Below are positions 48,228 through 57,857 of a stretch of 64,000 nt of DNA, piece by piece. The position numbers and the translations under genes were made by a program. The notes beneath the pieces are model-generated. The model made no database searches and was not told where the DNA came from. It worked only from the letters and a program-made list of their open reading frames with translations. The first letter of the stretch is position 1. The number at the start of each line of letters is the position of its first letter. The DNA is from an uncultured Desulfarculus sp. (GTDB lineage Bacteria; Desulfobacterota; Desulfarculia; Desulfarculales; Desulfarculaceae): positions 2,336,001 through 2,400,000 of the forward strand of contig CAXXUK010000001.1 of NCBI GenBank assembly GCA_963665125.2, given 5' to 3'.

Positions 48228-48740
48228 TCAAAACTCTATGCCCTTGGTGGCCGGGATGCCCGCCTCGTAGGCGTGTTTGATGGGCTTCATCTCGGTGATG
48301 GTGTCGGCGATGTCGGCCAGGGGCTCGGCCAGCCCCCGGCCGGTGAGAATAACATGCAATTTCTTGGGGCGGTTCTTGATCACCTCCGCCACCTCGGCGG
48401 CGTCCAGCAGGCCATAGCCGATGACGTAGTTGATCTCGTCCAGCAGAATCAGGTCGAATTCACCGCCGGTGATGGCCTGTTTGGCCTTGGCCCAGCCCTG
48501 GGCGGCCATCTGCCGGTCTTCGTCCCAGGACTCCTTGGTCCAGCTGAAGCCGGTTCCCAGGCGGTGGACCACCGCACCGTGGGCCTCCAGGATCTTGACC
48601 TCGCCGGTGGGGATCGATCCCTTCATGAACTGAAAAGCGGCGACCTTGAAACCCTGGCCCAGGGCCCGCACCACCGTGCCCATGGCGGCGGTTGTTTTGC
48701 CCTTGCCGTCCCCAACATTGATAATTACGCGGCCGGTCAT
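48228..48740 (-). CDS. cobO: Cob(I)yrinic acid a,c-diamide adenosyltransferase
   Basis: GDGKGKTTAA, QFMKG, LDE, LTGR, KH....GIEF. Confidence 0.95.
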   Translation of the reverse strand: MTGRVIINVGDGKGKTTAAMGTVVRALGQGFKVAAFQFMKGSIPTGEVKILEAHGAVVHRLGTGFSWTKESWDEDRQMAAQGWAKAKQAITGGEFDLILLDEINYVIGYGLLDAAEVAEVIKNRPKKLHVILTGRGLAEPLADIADTITEMKPIKHAYEAGIPATKGIEF

Positions 48741-48780
48741 GATAGTCTCCTTGGTTACGGAACTTCAGACCGGCCTATTA

Positions 48781-49839
48781 TTACAGCAAACCGCGTATTT
48801 TTAGAATGTTGATGTTGGTCTCGATGATATTTCCAGGCACCGGCGGAATCTGGTCTTCGGGCTTGCGCACCAGACTCAAGGCCTCTCCGGAGCAGGTCGT
48901 CACGCACAAGCCGCAGCCGATGCACTTGTTCAGGTTGAGCGAAACCACGTCATCGCCCTCGCTGAAGACATCCATCTGGCAGCGTTCGATACAGATCTCG
49001 CAATTGGTGCACTCGTCCGGGTCGAACTTGACGATATAAGGGCTGTGGCAGATATCGGCCGGTTTGGGATGTCGCTTGTAGGCCAGCAGCACGCCGCAGC
49101 AGTCGCCGCAGCAGCAACAGATATTTTGAACCTTCTGGGAGTTGCCCGGCTGCAACACAAGCCCGGCCTTGTCGGCGGTCTTGAGCACTTCCAGGGCCTC
49201 TTCCTGGGTGATTTCCCGGCCCAGGTTGTTGTTGAGGTAGTAATAGGCGCCCGTTCCGAAAGCCAGGCAGACCTCTTCCGGCTTTTGGCAGTTGCCGCCG
49301 GCTATGTGGTGTTCCTGGCGGCAGATGCAGGGCATCAGGGCGATTTTTTTCTGCTGCTTGACGATTTCCTCGGCCTGCTCATAGGGCATGGCCCCGCCCT
49401 CTACGCGGATATTGGCCCCAATGGGAATGGCCCTGAGTTGAGGCTCTTTGCTCCAGGTATCAAGATCGAACAGGTGAGGCTGGTATTCCTGGGCGTCCTT
49501 GACCAGGCCTTCAGTCAAGCGGCCCACCTGGAACTCCCAAATGCCCACGACAAAGCTTGAAGCCATGAAAAGGGTCGGTCGGCCTTCCGACTCGACGCTG
49601 AAAATCAAACCGGCCCGGGTCATCTCCATGAGGCGTTTTTCGGCCTCTTCCTCGGAGATGCCGGCCCGCTGGGCGATGGCCCCGGCAGGTTCGGGCATCA
49701 GGGTGGTACTCAGAGCCAGTTCGGCCTGCTCTGGCGTGAAGAGGCGCTTCAAAATGCGGATTTCAACACCACTATCCGTAGCAGGATAACCACCGGGAAG
49801 TTTATCGAGATGTTCTCGTAGCTTATCATAAACGTCCAT
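48781..49839 (-). CDS. 4Fe-4S binding protein with N-terminal winged-helix-like region
   Basis: CICR, ICCCCGDCCG, two CxxCxxCxxxC ferredoxin motifs. Confidence 0.88.
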   Translation of the reverse strand: MDVYDKLREHLDKLPGGYPATDSGVEIRILKRLFTPEQAELALSTTLMPEPAGAIAQRAGISEEEAEKRLMEMTRAGLIFSVESEGRPTLFMASSFVVGIWEFQVGRLTEGLVKDAQEYQPHLFDLDTWSKEPQLRAIPIGANIRVEGGAMPYEQAEEIVKQQKKIALMPCICRQEHHIAGGNCQKPEEVCLAFGTGAYYYLNNNLGREITQEEALEVLKTADKAGLVLQPGNSQKVQNICCCCGDCCGVLLAYKRHPKPADICHSPYIVKFDPDECTNCEICIERCQMDVFSEGDDVVSLNLNKCIGCGLCVTTCSGEALSLVRKPEDQIPPVPGNIIETNINILKIRGLL

Positions 49840-50023
49840 GACTTCTCCTTTGGGTAGGAAAACGTGTTACCAACCGGTGCCCGTGGGGTTGAAGCACGCG
49901 GCGAATGCTTTGCCTTGCGGCAACATGAATCGCCATTCAGTAACGAAACAGAGTTTATCAAACGACGCCGAGGGGAGTCAACAGCAACATAAACGGACGT
50001 TCGGTTTAGGGCATTCCGTTGGG

Positions 50024-51316
50024 CTACGGCGTTGTTGTATCACCGTTGGCGGCCTGATTTTGCGGCTTTTTGCGAGGCTTGCGTCTGCGGCGCCGTCTGC
50101 GGCGTTTTGTTTGGCCGCCGTCCGAGCCCTCCACCATTGATCTCAGGTCAACGCCGATAATGCCGGCCAAGTCCAAGGCATTGAGAAAATAGCCTTTTTC
50201 CATAACCTTCTTGGGCAGGCGCTGGCCTTCGGGTGCGAACATGGGGTAACTCATAACCGAAGCGCACTGGCAGGCCCGCTCCAGGACCCGCTTGGCGAAC
50301 ATGACCGGCTGCGCCAACTCGGGGAGTTTGTCGCGGACAAAACCGATCCACACCCCCCTGGCCGCCCGGCCTTCGGGAAACTCCTGATCCTTGGCCACTT
50401 CACGGATGGCGGGCCACAAAAACGCGGCCAGGGCCACGGCATCGTCAGGCAGGTTTCCACCTTTCATCATCCGGTCGATCTTGGCCAAATATCCGGCTGC
50501 CTCGGCCCGCAGGGGGCTGTCGTCCGCTCCGTAGAACGGCTCCAAGGTGGGCAGCAGGCTGTAGAGCACGCCGGTCCGGTGGGCCAGTTCCAGCCAAGGC
50601 GCCGACGCACCGCCCAGCAGATCGCGCATCAGTTCGTCGCGGATGCGGCTGGGCGGACATACGCTGAGTTCCCTGCTGAATGTCCTGACAGCGGCAAGAG
50701 TATCCGGAGTCAGTTCAAACCCGGTGCGCGCGGCGTGGCGCACGGCCCTGAGCACCCTCACGGGATCGCGGTGAAAACGAATCACCGGATCGCCGACGCT
50801 ACGGATCAGACCCGCCTTGAGGTCTTCCATTCCACCCACATAATCCACTATACTGAAGTCGGCTACATTGTAGAACATGGCGTTGATGGTCAAGTCGCGA
50901 CGCAGAGCGTCTTCGGCCGGAGAGCCGAAGGTGTTGTTGGCCATCAGAACCTGGTCTTCGTCCGGGTCCGAGGCCCGCCGGAAGGTGCTGACTTCAACGA
51001 TTTTGTTGCGCTGAAAAAAAACCTGGACCAAACGGAAGCGCCGTCCGATGATGCGGCTGTTGTGGAAAAGATTGCGCACCTGGCCCGGTCTGGCGTCGGT
51101 GCTGACGTCGAAGTCCTTGGGTTTTTTACCTAAAAGCAGGTCGCGTACGCCGCCGCCGACAAGGTAGGCCTTGAAGCCGGCACGGTGCAGCCGGTAAAGC
51201 ACCTTAAGCGCGTCCGGGTCAATATTGCTACGGCTTAGGCTGTGCTCGGGCCTGGGAACAATACGAGGTTCGATCAATTGGTCCGATTGCTGCTGTTGAT
51301 CTTTAGGATTGTTCAC
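50024..51316 (-). CDS. pcnB: Poly(A) polymerase
   Basis: VGGGVRD, DFD, PAP signature IIGRRFRL, RRDLTIN, DPVRVLRA; Arg-rich tail. Confidence 0.92.
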   Translation of the reverse strand: MNNPKDQQQQSDQLIEPRIVPRPEHSLSRSNIDPDALKVLYRLHRAGFKAYLVGGGVRDLLLGKKPKDFDVSTDARPGQVRNLFHNSRIIGRRFRLVQVFFQRNKIVEVSTFRRASDPDEDQVLMANNTFGSPAEDALRRDLTINAMFYNVADFSIVDYVGGMEDLKAGLIRSVGDPVIRFHRDPVRVLRAVRHAARTGFELTPDTLAAVRTFSRELSVCPPSRIRDELMRDLLGGASAPWLELAHRTGVLYSLLPTLEPFYGADDSPLRAEAAGYLAKIDRMMKGGNLPDDAVALAAFLWPAIREVAKDQEFPEGRAARGVWIGFVRDKLPELAQPVMFAKRVLERACQCASVMSYPMFAPEGQRLPKKVMEKGYFLNALDLAGIIGVDLRSMVEGSDGGQTKRRRRRRRRKPRKKPQNQAANGDTTTP

Positions 51317-51447
51317 TTGCGTTCCGGCTGCCTTTGTTCACGGGGCGCTCCAGACTCGTTAACAGGTTACCAATATATAACACAAGATAACGGATTCTTG
51401 TGCTTTTTTCGTTCATTCGCGGCAATCTTGCCGCAGGGAGAACACGA

Positions 51448-52245
51448 TTGATAAATCTGCTCGAAACCGCCGTTGCGGCGGCCAATGCCGGAGCCGCGGT
51501 ATTGCGGGAAAAATGGTCCCAACCACATCAGATCCAACGCAAGGAGCGCTTTGATTTTGTCACCGACGCCGACCGTGCTAGCCAGGACGCCGTCATTTCC
51601 GTGATCGGCCGTTTCAGACCGGATGACGCCGTATTGGCCGAGGAAGACGCCGAGGACTATAGCCAAGCCGCCGGGACGCCGGGCGTGCTGTGGGTGATCG
51701 ACCCGCTGGACGGCACGACGAATTTTATCCACGGCTTTCCAATGGTGGCCGTCAGCGTGGCGGCCCTGGTCGACGGCGTGCCTCAAGCCGGCGTGGTCAT
51801 CGACGTGGTCCGTAATGAAGTTTTCAGCGCCGAGCGGGGCAAAGGCGCCTGGGTCAACGGCAGGGCCATCAGTGTTCACGACGCCACCGACCGCTCCCAA
51901 TGCCTGTTGCTGACCGGTTTTCCCTTCCGGGACCGCGCCAGGCTCGACCGCTACATGGAGCTGTTCAAGGAATTGTTCATGCAGGTGTCGGGCATGCGCC
52001 GGGCCGGGGCCGCGGCCCTGGACCTGGCCTATGTGGCCGCCGGGCGGGCCCAGGCCTTTTGGGAGTTGGGCCTAAAGCCCTGGGACATGGCCGCGGGCAT
52101 ACTCCTGATCAAAGAAGCCGGCGGAACAACTAGTGATTTCGGTGGTGGGGCGCATGAGCTGTGGAGAGGCGATATCGTTGCCGGGGCGCCGGAGGTTCAC
52201 TCATGGGTCCAACAGGTGTGCGGCAAATATTTTCCCAACGGCTGA
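51448..52245 (+). CDS. suhB: Inositol monophosphatase family protein
   Basis: DFVT.AD, EE, WVIDPLDGTTNF, GAAALDL, PWD.AAG. Confidence 0.92.
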   Translation: MINLLETAVAAANAGAAVLREKWSQPHQIQRKERFDFVTDADRASQDAVISVIGRFRPDDAVLAEEDAEDYSQAAGTPGVLWVIDPLDGTTNFIHGFPMVAVSVAALVDGVPQAGVVIDVVRNEVFSAERGKGAWVNGRAISVHDATDRSQCLLLTGFPFRDRARLDRYMELFKELFMQVSGMRRAGAAALDLAYVAAGRAQAFWELGLKPWDMAAGILLIKEAGGTTSDFGGGAHELWRGDIVAGAPEVHSWVQQVCGKYFPNG

Positions 52246-52259
52246 GTGGGGCGCGGGCC

Positions 52260-52478
52260 CTAGCCGCTTCCGCCCCAGATGTCTTCCCAGCCGGGGGAAC
52301 ATAGATCGAGTTCTTCTATTCTGGTGTCCTGTTTGGTCTTGCGGTAAAAGCAATAATCGCAAGTGAATTGAGGCCACATATTGGCCGCCGCGATATCCAG
52401 ACAGAACACGTAGTGCGGGCACTGCACGTTACGGCTGCCTTGCAGGTTGCGCGGGTTGGCGTCTGCGGGCTGGGACAA
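52260..52478 (-). CDS. Small four-Cys hypothetical protein (72 aa)
   Basis: GGAGA RBS, TTG start, RN..CPHY..CLD..W..FTCDYC. Confidence 0.7.
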   Translation of the reverse strand: MSQPADANPRNLQGSRNVQCPHYVFCLDIAAANMWPQFTCDYCFYRKTKQDTRIEELDLCSPGWEDIWGGSG

Positions 52479-52528
52479 TGTGGTTCTCCAAAAGTGTTGC
52501 TCATTGGAAAGGACCAATAGCACGTTTT

Positions 52529-53770
52529 ATGTCAAAGGGCAAGGCCGGAGCAGGCAAGACGGATCAAAGCCACGGCCCGCGTTTGCTGGCGCATGTGGAC
52601 ATGGACGCGTTCTACGCCTCGGTGGAGATTCTCGACAACCCGGAGTTGAAAAAAAAGCCGGTCGTAGTCGGGGGAGACTCAAGCCGTTCCGTAGTATCGG
52701 CGGCATCTTACGCCGCACGGGCCTTTGGCGTCCGCTCGGCCATGCCCATGGTCAGGGCCAAGCAGCTATGTCCGGAGCTGGTTATCCTGCCTGTGCGCAT
52801 GTCACGCTACAAAGAGGTCAGCGGCCGGGTCATGGAGGTCTTGGAGGGTTTCACGCCGGTGGTGGAGCAGGTTTCGGTGGACGAGGCCTATCTGGACCTC
52901 ACCGGCACTTCCCGCCTTTGGGGCGACGCGGCCCAGGCCGGCCGGGCCATCAAGCGCCGGGTCAAGGAAAAAACCGGGCTCAACTGCTCGGTGGGCCTGG
53001 CTCCCATGCGTTATCTGGCCAAAATCGCCAGCGACCGCGACAAGCCCGACGGGCTTACGGTGGTCGATGACGTCGAATCATTCCTGCGGACCGTGACCCT
53101 GGCCGAGGTGCCGGGCATCGGCAAAAAGGCCCAGGAGCGCCTGGGCGGCATGGGCTTGAAACGGCTGGTGGACCTGCGGGCCCTGGATGAAACCCGCATG
53201 GAGCGGCTATTCGGAGTCTGGGGTTTGCGCATGTTGCGCCTGGCCTGGGGCCGGGACGATACGCCCATCGGCCAGAGCGCCCCGGTTAAAAACGTCAGCC
53301 ACGAAATAACTCTGGGCAGCGACACCGGCGACAGACAAAAGCTGGAGGCCCTATTATTGGAAATGGGGCACAAGGTAGCATCCCGGCTGCGGGCCAAGGG
53401 CCTGGCCGGACGGGTAATCACCCTCAAACTCAAGACCGCCGACCACACCATCATCACCCGCCGAACCAGCTTGGAGCAAGCTACCGACGACGGCTCGCTG
53501 ATCGTGGCCACGGCCAAACAGCTATTGGCGGCCCACAAAAATCCCGGCCCATTCCGGCTCGTCGGGGTGGGTGTCGGCGGCCTCGTGGACGCTCAATCTG
53601 GCCAGGGCGATCTCTTCGGACGCAGGGAACTGGGCCGCACAAAGGCCCTGGGGCAAGCCGAGGACGAAGTACGGCGGCGCTTCGGTTCGGCCTCACTTCT
53701 TCGGGCGGGCCAGCTTTCCGTCATGGACCAACAGCCAAATAAATTGCATAATGGGGAAGAATCCGACTGA
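52529..53770 (+). CDS. dinB: DNA polymerase IV
   Basis: HVDMDAFYASVE, ASYAAR.FGVRSAMP, SVDEAYLD, KIASD..KPDG. Confidence 0.96.
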   Translation: MSKGKAGAGKTDQSHGPRLLAHVDMDAFYASVEILDNPELKKKPVVVGGDSSRSVVSAASYAARAFGVRSAMPMVRAKQLCPELVILPVRMSRYKEVSGRVMEVLEGFTPVVEQVSVDEAYLDLTGTSRLWGDAAQAGRAIKRRVKEKTGLNCSVGLAPMRYLAKIASDRDKPDGLTVVDDVESFLRTVTLAEVPGIGKKAQERLGGMGLKRLVDLRALDETRMERLFGVWGLRMLRLAWGRDDTPIGQSAPVKNVSHEITLGSDTGDRQKLEALLLEMGHKVASRLRAKGLAGRVITLKLKTADHTIITRRTSLEQATDDGSLIVATAKQLLAAHKNPGPFRLVGVGVGGLVDAQSGQGDLFGRRELGRTKALGQAEDEVRRRFGSASLLRAGQLSVMDQQPNKLHNGEESD

Positions 53771-53803
53771 CAAATAGGCGATTAGCCCTCCAGGGAGTGA
53801 CAT

Positions 53804-55165
53804 ATGCCGAGTTTTGCCCAAACCCATTCGCGCGTGACGACGTATTACCTATTGGAAGAAGACCGCGATCTGCGCAAGTCTTTGGTCAATGCCGCGCGTT
53901 GGCAAAAGCCGGTGCTGTTTATCCCCGCCCTGGCCAGCGAATACACCAATCCGGAAAACCGGCCCGTTTTCACCAAGATCGTCAGTGAACTGGCCGAGGC
54001 CCGCTACCTGGCCCAGGTAATCTTTGGCCTGGACCAAGCCACTGAAGATGATGTCCGTGATCTTGTGGGCATCCTCAAACGGGCGGGAGTGAAAAATTAT
54101 TCTCTGCAATGGAATGACGGCGAGGCCTTCAAGGAGGTATACGCAGAGTTACAGGCCAACGGGTTCGACCTGTCCCAGCGGGGCAAGGGCCGCAACGTGT
54201 TCATGGGCTTCGGCGTGGCCATGGCCCTGGGCGCCACCACCGTGGGCCTTTTGGACGCCGACATCCGCACCTTCAAGCGCCGCCAGCTCGACCGTCTGTT
54301 CTTTCCCTGCCTGGTTCACCAATATCCATTTTCCAAGGCCTATTACGCCCGTTGGAACGAACAGCGCCTTTTCGGGCGGGTCAAGCGCCTGCTGCTGGAC
54401 CCGCTGCTGTTGGCCCTCAAACGCAAATTCAGCGACAGCGCCGAAGACAAGATGCTCAAGATCGTCGATTTTCTGCTGAGCTTCGATTATCAGCTCTCCG
54501 GCGAGGTGGTCGTGGACATGTGGCTGCTGAAAAAGATGCGCTACACCCTTGATTGGGGCGTTGAGATATTCACCCTCATCGAGGTCTTCCGCAAGGCCTC
54601 CCAGGTGGCCCAGGTGGAGTTCAGCCGCCACGGCTTTGACCACAAACACCAAAGGGTCAGCCCCACCGACCCCTCCAGCGGGCTTCACCGCATGAGCCTG
54701 GACATCATCAACACTCTGCTGCACGCCCTGATTGTCGAGGAAGGTCTGGAGGTCGGCGAGGAATTTTTCCGGGATCTGGCCCTGACCTATCAGTCCATTG
54801 CCGAGGAAACCATCAAGAAATACTCGGACAACGCCGAGTTCAACCAGATCAACTACGACCGCGACGGAGAGGAGCGCATGGTCAACCAGGTGCTGGCCCA
54901 GGCCATTATCCAAAGCGGCGACCGCCTGACCGCGCCGGCCCACATGGCCGAAAAAATGCTGCGCTTCACGGCGACCCACCCGGAATTCAAGCCGTTTGTC
55001 GACAAGGGACTCCAACAGACCATCCTTGAGGTGGAACAACGCATCCGCGACCAGAGCCTGGATACGGGCTACCTGCCATCCTGGGAACGCATCCTGTGGA
55101 AGCTGCCCAAGATCAGCATGAAGATCGTCGACGCTTTGGAAGCCGACAAGGTGCGCTTTCGCTGA
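53804..55165 (+). CDS. Glucosyl-3-phosphoglycerate synthase-like glycosyltransferase
   Basis: GKGRNV, DADI, KAYYAR, GRVKRL, LSGE, DWGVEI, DHKHQ. Confidence 0.8.
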   Translation: MPSFAQTHSRVTTYYLLEEDRDLRKSLVNAARWQKPVLFIPALASEYTNPENRPVFTKIVSELAEARYLAQVIFGLDQATEDDVRDLVGILKRAGVKNYSLQWNDGEAFKEVYAELQANGFDLSQRGKGRNVFMGFGVAMALGATTVGLLDADIRTFKRRQLDRLFFPCLVHQYPFSKAYYARWNEQRLFGRVKRLLLDPLLLALKRKFSDSAEDKMLKIVDFLLSFDYQLSGEVVVDMWLLKKMRYTLDWGVEIFTLIEVFRKASQVAQVEFSRHGFDHKHQRVSPTDPSSGLHRMSLDIINTLLHALIVEEGLEVGEEFFRDLALTYQSIAEETIKKYSDNAEFNQINYDRDGEERMVNQVLAQAIIQSGDRLTAPAHMAEKMLRFTATHPEFKPFVDKGLQQTILEVEQRIRDQSLDTGYLPSWERILWKLPKISMKIVDALEADKVRFR

Positions 55166-55260
55166 TCATCATTTATGATATAGAATGCTGTCGCTTCAAA
55201 CCAACTACACCGCCCGCGCCCCCGGGGCCGCGGGCCAATATATTTTGAAAGGTTTATGAC

Positions 55261-55542
55261 GTGGCCGAAACCATCGACGAGATCACCATTCAATATGAAG
55301 AAAACGGCGAAGTCGTTGTCGAGGAACTGGAAAAAGTCGTCCTGAGCAGAGGGGCCTGGACCACGATTTTATTCCGCTACCGCGAACGCGACCGCAACAG
55401 CGGCGAATTCGGCCCGCCCAAGGCCGGTCTGCGGCGTTATCAAAAATACGGCGGTGTTTTCCGCAAAAAAGACGGCATCAACATCACCGAGAAGATGGTC
55501 CCGGCGTTTATGGAAAAACTCAAGGAGTGGTACGACGTTTGA
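55261..55542 (+). CDS. Hypothetical protein (93 aa)
   Basis: Clean ORF with LSRGAWTTILFRY..RRYQK; stop overlaps the kinase start (TTGA). Confidence 0.75.
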   Translation: MAETIDEITIQYEENGEVVVEELEKVVLSRGAWTTILFRYRERDRNSGEFGPPKAGLRRYQKYGGVFRKKDGINITEKMVPAFMEKLKEWYDV

Positions 55543-57851
55543 GCCCAAAGCTTCCGCTGAACATCGTTCCTGACCGGGAAGCGGAAATACTGGAGCAAGG
55601 GGTTTTCCGCCGCGTCTTTGATGAAGCCGCGGTGGGAATGATCCTGTTGGATATCCACGGCCGTTTTTTGCAAACCAATGATTTTTGTTGCCGGATGTTG
55701 GGTTACCACGCGGCGGAACTGCTGCAAATGGGTTTCCGCGACCTGACCCACCCCGACGACCTGCCCGCCACGGAAAGATATCTCCAGCGCCTGTTGGACG
55801 GCCGCCAGACCACCGTGCAGGTGGAAAAGCGCTATGTAAAAAAAGACGGCTCAGCTGTCTGGCTTCTGGTGCGCACCACGGTCCTGCGCGACCCAAACCA
55901 CCAGCCGCAATACCTGCTGGCCTTTCTCCAGGACATAACCGGCCAGCATCTGGCCGAAGAAGCCCTCATAGAATCGGAAAAGCGCTACCGCACGATCTTT
56001 GAGACCGCAGGTTCGGCCATGGTCATCTACCGCCAGGACACCACGATCGTCCTGGCCAACAGCGAGTTCTGCAACCTATGCGGCGTGACCCGCAAGGAGG
56101 TGGAATACCGCCGCAGCTGGACCGAATTCATCGCTCCCGGCGATCTGGCCCGCATGCTGGGCTACCACCGCATCCGGCGGGGCCAGCCCACCGTGCCGCC
56201 CTCCAGTTATGAATCCCATGTCATCGACAACGAGGGCAGGCCCCACGAGGTGATCATCAACGTGGGTCCCATCCCGGACAGCGACCTTACAGCGGCGTCG
56301 CTGTTGGACATGGCCGGCCTGCGCAAAGTCGAGGAGGAGCGGGCCCTGCTGGCCGCGGCAATCGAACAGGCCGCCGAGGGTCTGATGGTCACCGACCATG
56401 CGGGCATGGTGCAATACGTGAATCCGGCCTTCGAGCGCATGAGCGGCTTCAGCTCAGCCGAGTTGATGAACCGGCCCATCCGGCTATTGGGCAGCAAGCA
56501 CGACGGATTCGGCTTTCCCAAGCAGATGTGGCAAGTGTTGTCCAACGGCGGCGTCTGGTCGGGCCGTTTCACCAACAAGCGCAAGGACGGGTCGCTTTTC
56601 GACGTGGAAACCACCGTCAGTCCGGTGCGGGTGGGCACCAGCGAAAATGTCACCAACTTCGTGGCCCAGCAGCGCGACTGCACCAACGAAGCCCAGCTCG
56701 AGCGCCAATTGCGCCAGGCCCAAAAGCTCGAGGCCATCGGCACCTTGGCCGGGGGCATCGCCCACGACTTCAACAACATCCTTGCTTCGATCATCGGCTA
56801 CACCGAGATCGCCCTGCACGACTACCTCGGGCCTGACCACCCTGCGGGGCGGCTGCTCAAGGAAGTGATAAAGGCTGGCGGCCGGGCCAGGGATCTGGCC
56901 GAGCAGATATTGACCTTCAGCCGCCGCAGTGAACAATCACTGGCCCCGGTTTCCCTGGACAGCATCATCAAGGAAGCCCTGCGGCTGCTGCGGGCCACCC
57001 TGCCGACCACCATCGCCATAAAGCTGCATTGCCGTTCCCAAGGCGGCGTGGTCATGGCCGACCCCACCGGCTTGCACCAGGTTGTCCTGAATCTGTGCAC
57101 CAACGCGGCCCACGCCATGGGCGACCGGGGCGGCACCCTGGAAATAAGCATCGACGATTACGAGTTGGCCACGGACAAACAGGCCGAAAAGCTGGGCCTG
57201 AAGCCCGGCGTTTATCAAATCCTGACCGTCAGCGACAGCGGCCGCGGCATGGACCGCCAGACCATCGAGCGTATTTTCGACCCCTACTTCACCACAAAGG
57301 GCCCCGGTGAAGGCACGGGCCTGGGCCTGGCCCTGGTCCACGGCATTGTCACCGGCCTGGGCGGCGCCGTTCAGGTCCAAAGCGAAATCGGCACGGGCTC
57401 CAGCTTCAAATGCTGGCTGCCTCTGGCCGAGGAAGCCGTCCCCCTGCCCGACGACGAAGACGACAGGGTGCCCCGGGGCAGCGAAAACATTCTGCTGGTT
57501 GACGATGAATCGTCGGTGGTGGCCATGGCCAGCGAAATGCTGGGCAACCTTGGCTACCATGTACGGCCATTCACCGACAGCCGCCGGGCCCTGGAGGCTT
57601 TCACCATCAACCCGGCGGCCTATGACCTGGTGATAACCGACCAGACCATGCCCGGCGTCACGGGCCTGGAGCTGGCCGCGGCGGTCAAGGCGGCCCGGCC
57701 GGACTGTCCGGTTTTAATCTGCTCTGGCTATGCCGAGTTCGCCGGGGCCGACGCCGTGGAGCAAACCAATCTCGGACGGCTGCTGCGCAAGCCCCTGACC
57801 CGCGTTGAGTTGGCGCGGTCGGTGCGTCAAGCCCTGGGCAACGTGGAGTAA
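55539..57851 (+). CDS. Hybrid sensor histidine kinase (3 PAS, HisKA, HATPase, receiver)
   Basis: GTLAGGIAHDFNNIL, NLCTNA, FTTK..GTGLGL, C-terminal LLVDDE..TDQTMP..KP. Confidence 0.95.
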   Translation: MSPKLPLNIVPDREAEILEQGVFRRVFDEAAVGMILLDIHGRFLQTNDFCCRMLGYHAAELLQMGFRDLTHPDDLPATERYLQRLLDGRQTTVQVEKRYVKKDGSAVWLLVRTTVLRDPNHQPQYLLAFLQDITGQHLAEEALIESEKRYRTIFETAGSAMVIYRQDTTIVLANSEFCNLCGVTRKEVEYRRSWTEFIAPGDLARMLGYHRIRRGQPTVPPSSYESHVIDNEGRPHEVIINVGPIPDSDLTAASLLDMAGLRKVEEERALLAAAIEQAAEGLMVTDHAGMVQYVNPAFERMSGFSSAELMNRPIRLLGSKHDGFGFPKQMWQVLSNGGVWSGRFTNKRKDGSLFDVETTVSPVRVGTSENVTNFVAQQRDCTNEAQLERQLRQAQKLEAIGTLAGGIAHDFNNILASIIGYTEIALHDYLGPDHPAGRLLKEVIKAGGRARDLAEQILTFSRRSEQSLAPVSLDSIIKEALRLLRATLPTTIAIKLHCRSQGGVVMADPTGLHQVVLNLCTNAAHAMGDRGGTLEISIDDYELATDKQAEKLGLKPGVYQILTVSDSGRGMDRQTIERIFDPYFTTKGPGEGTGLGLALVHGIVTGLGGAVQVQSEIGTGSSFKCWLPLAEEAVPLPDDEDDRVPRGSENILLVDDESSVVAMASEMLGNLGYHVRPFTDSRRALEAFTINPAAYDLVITDQTMPGVTGLELAAAVKAARPDCPVLICSGYAEFAGADAVEQTNLGRLLRKPLTRVELARSVRQALGNVE

Positions 57852-57857
57852 TACACC

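Noticed and set aside
52479..52528. LexA/SOS box upstream of dinB
   Set aside because: No match to the LexA motifs I know.
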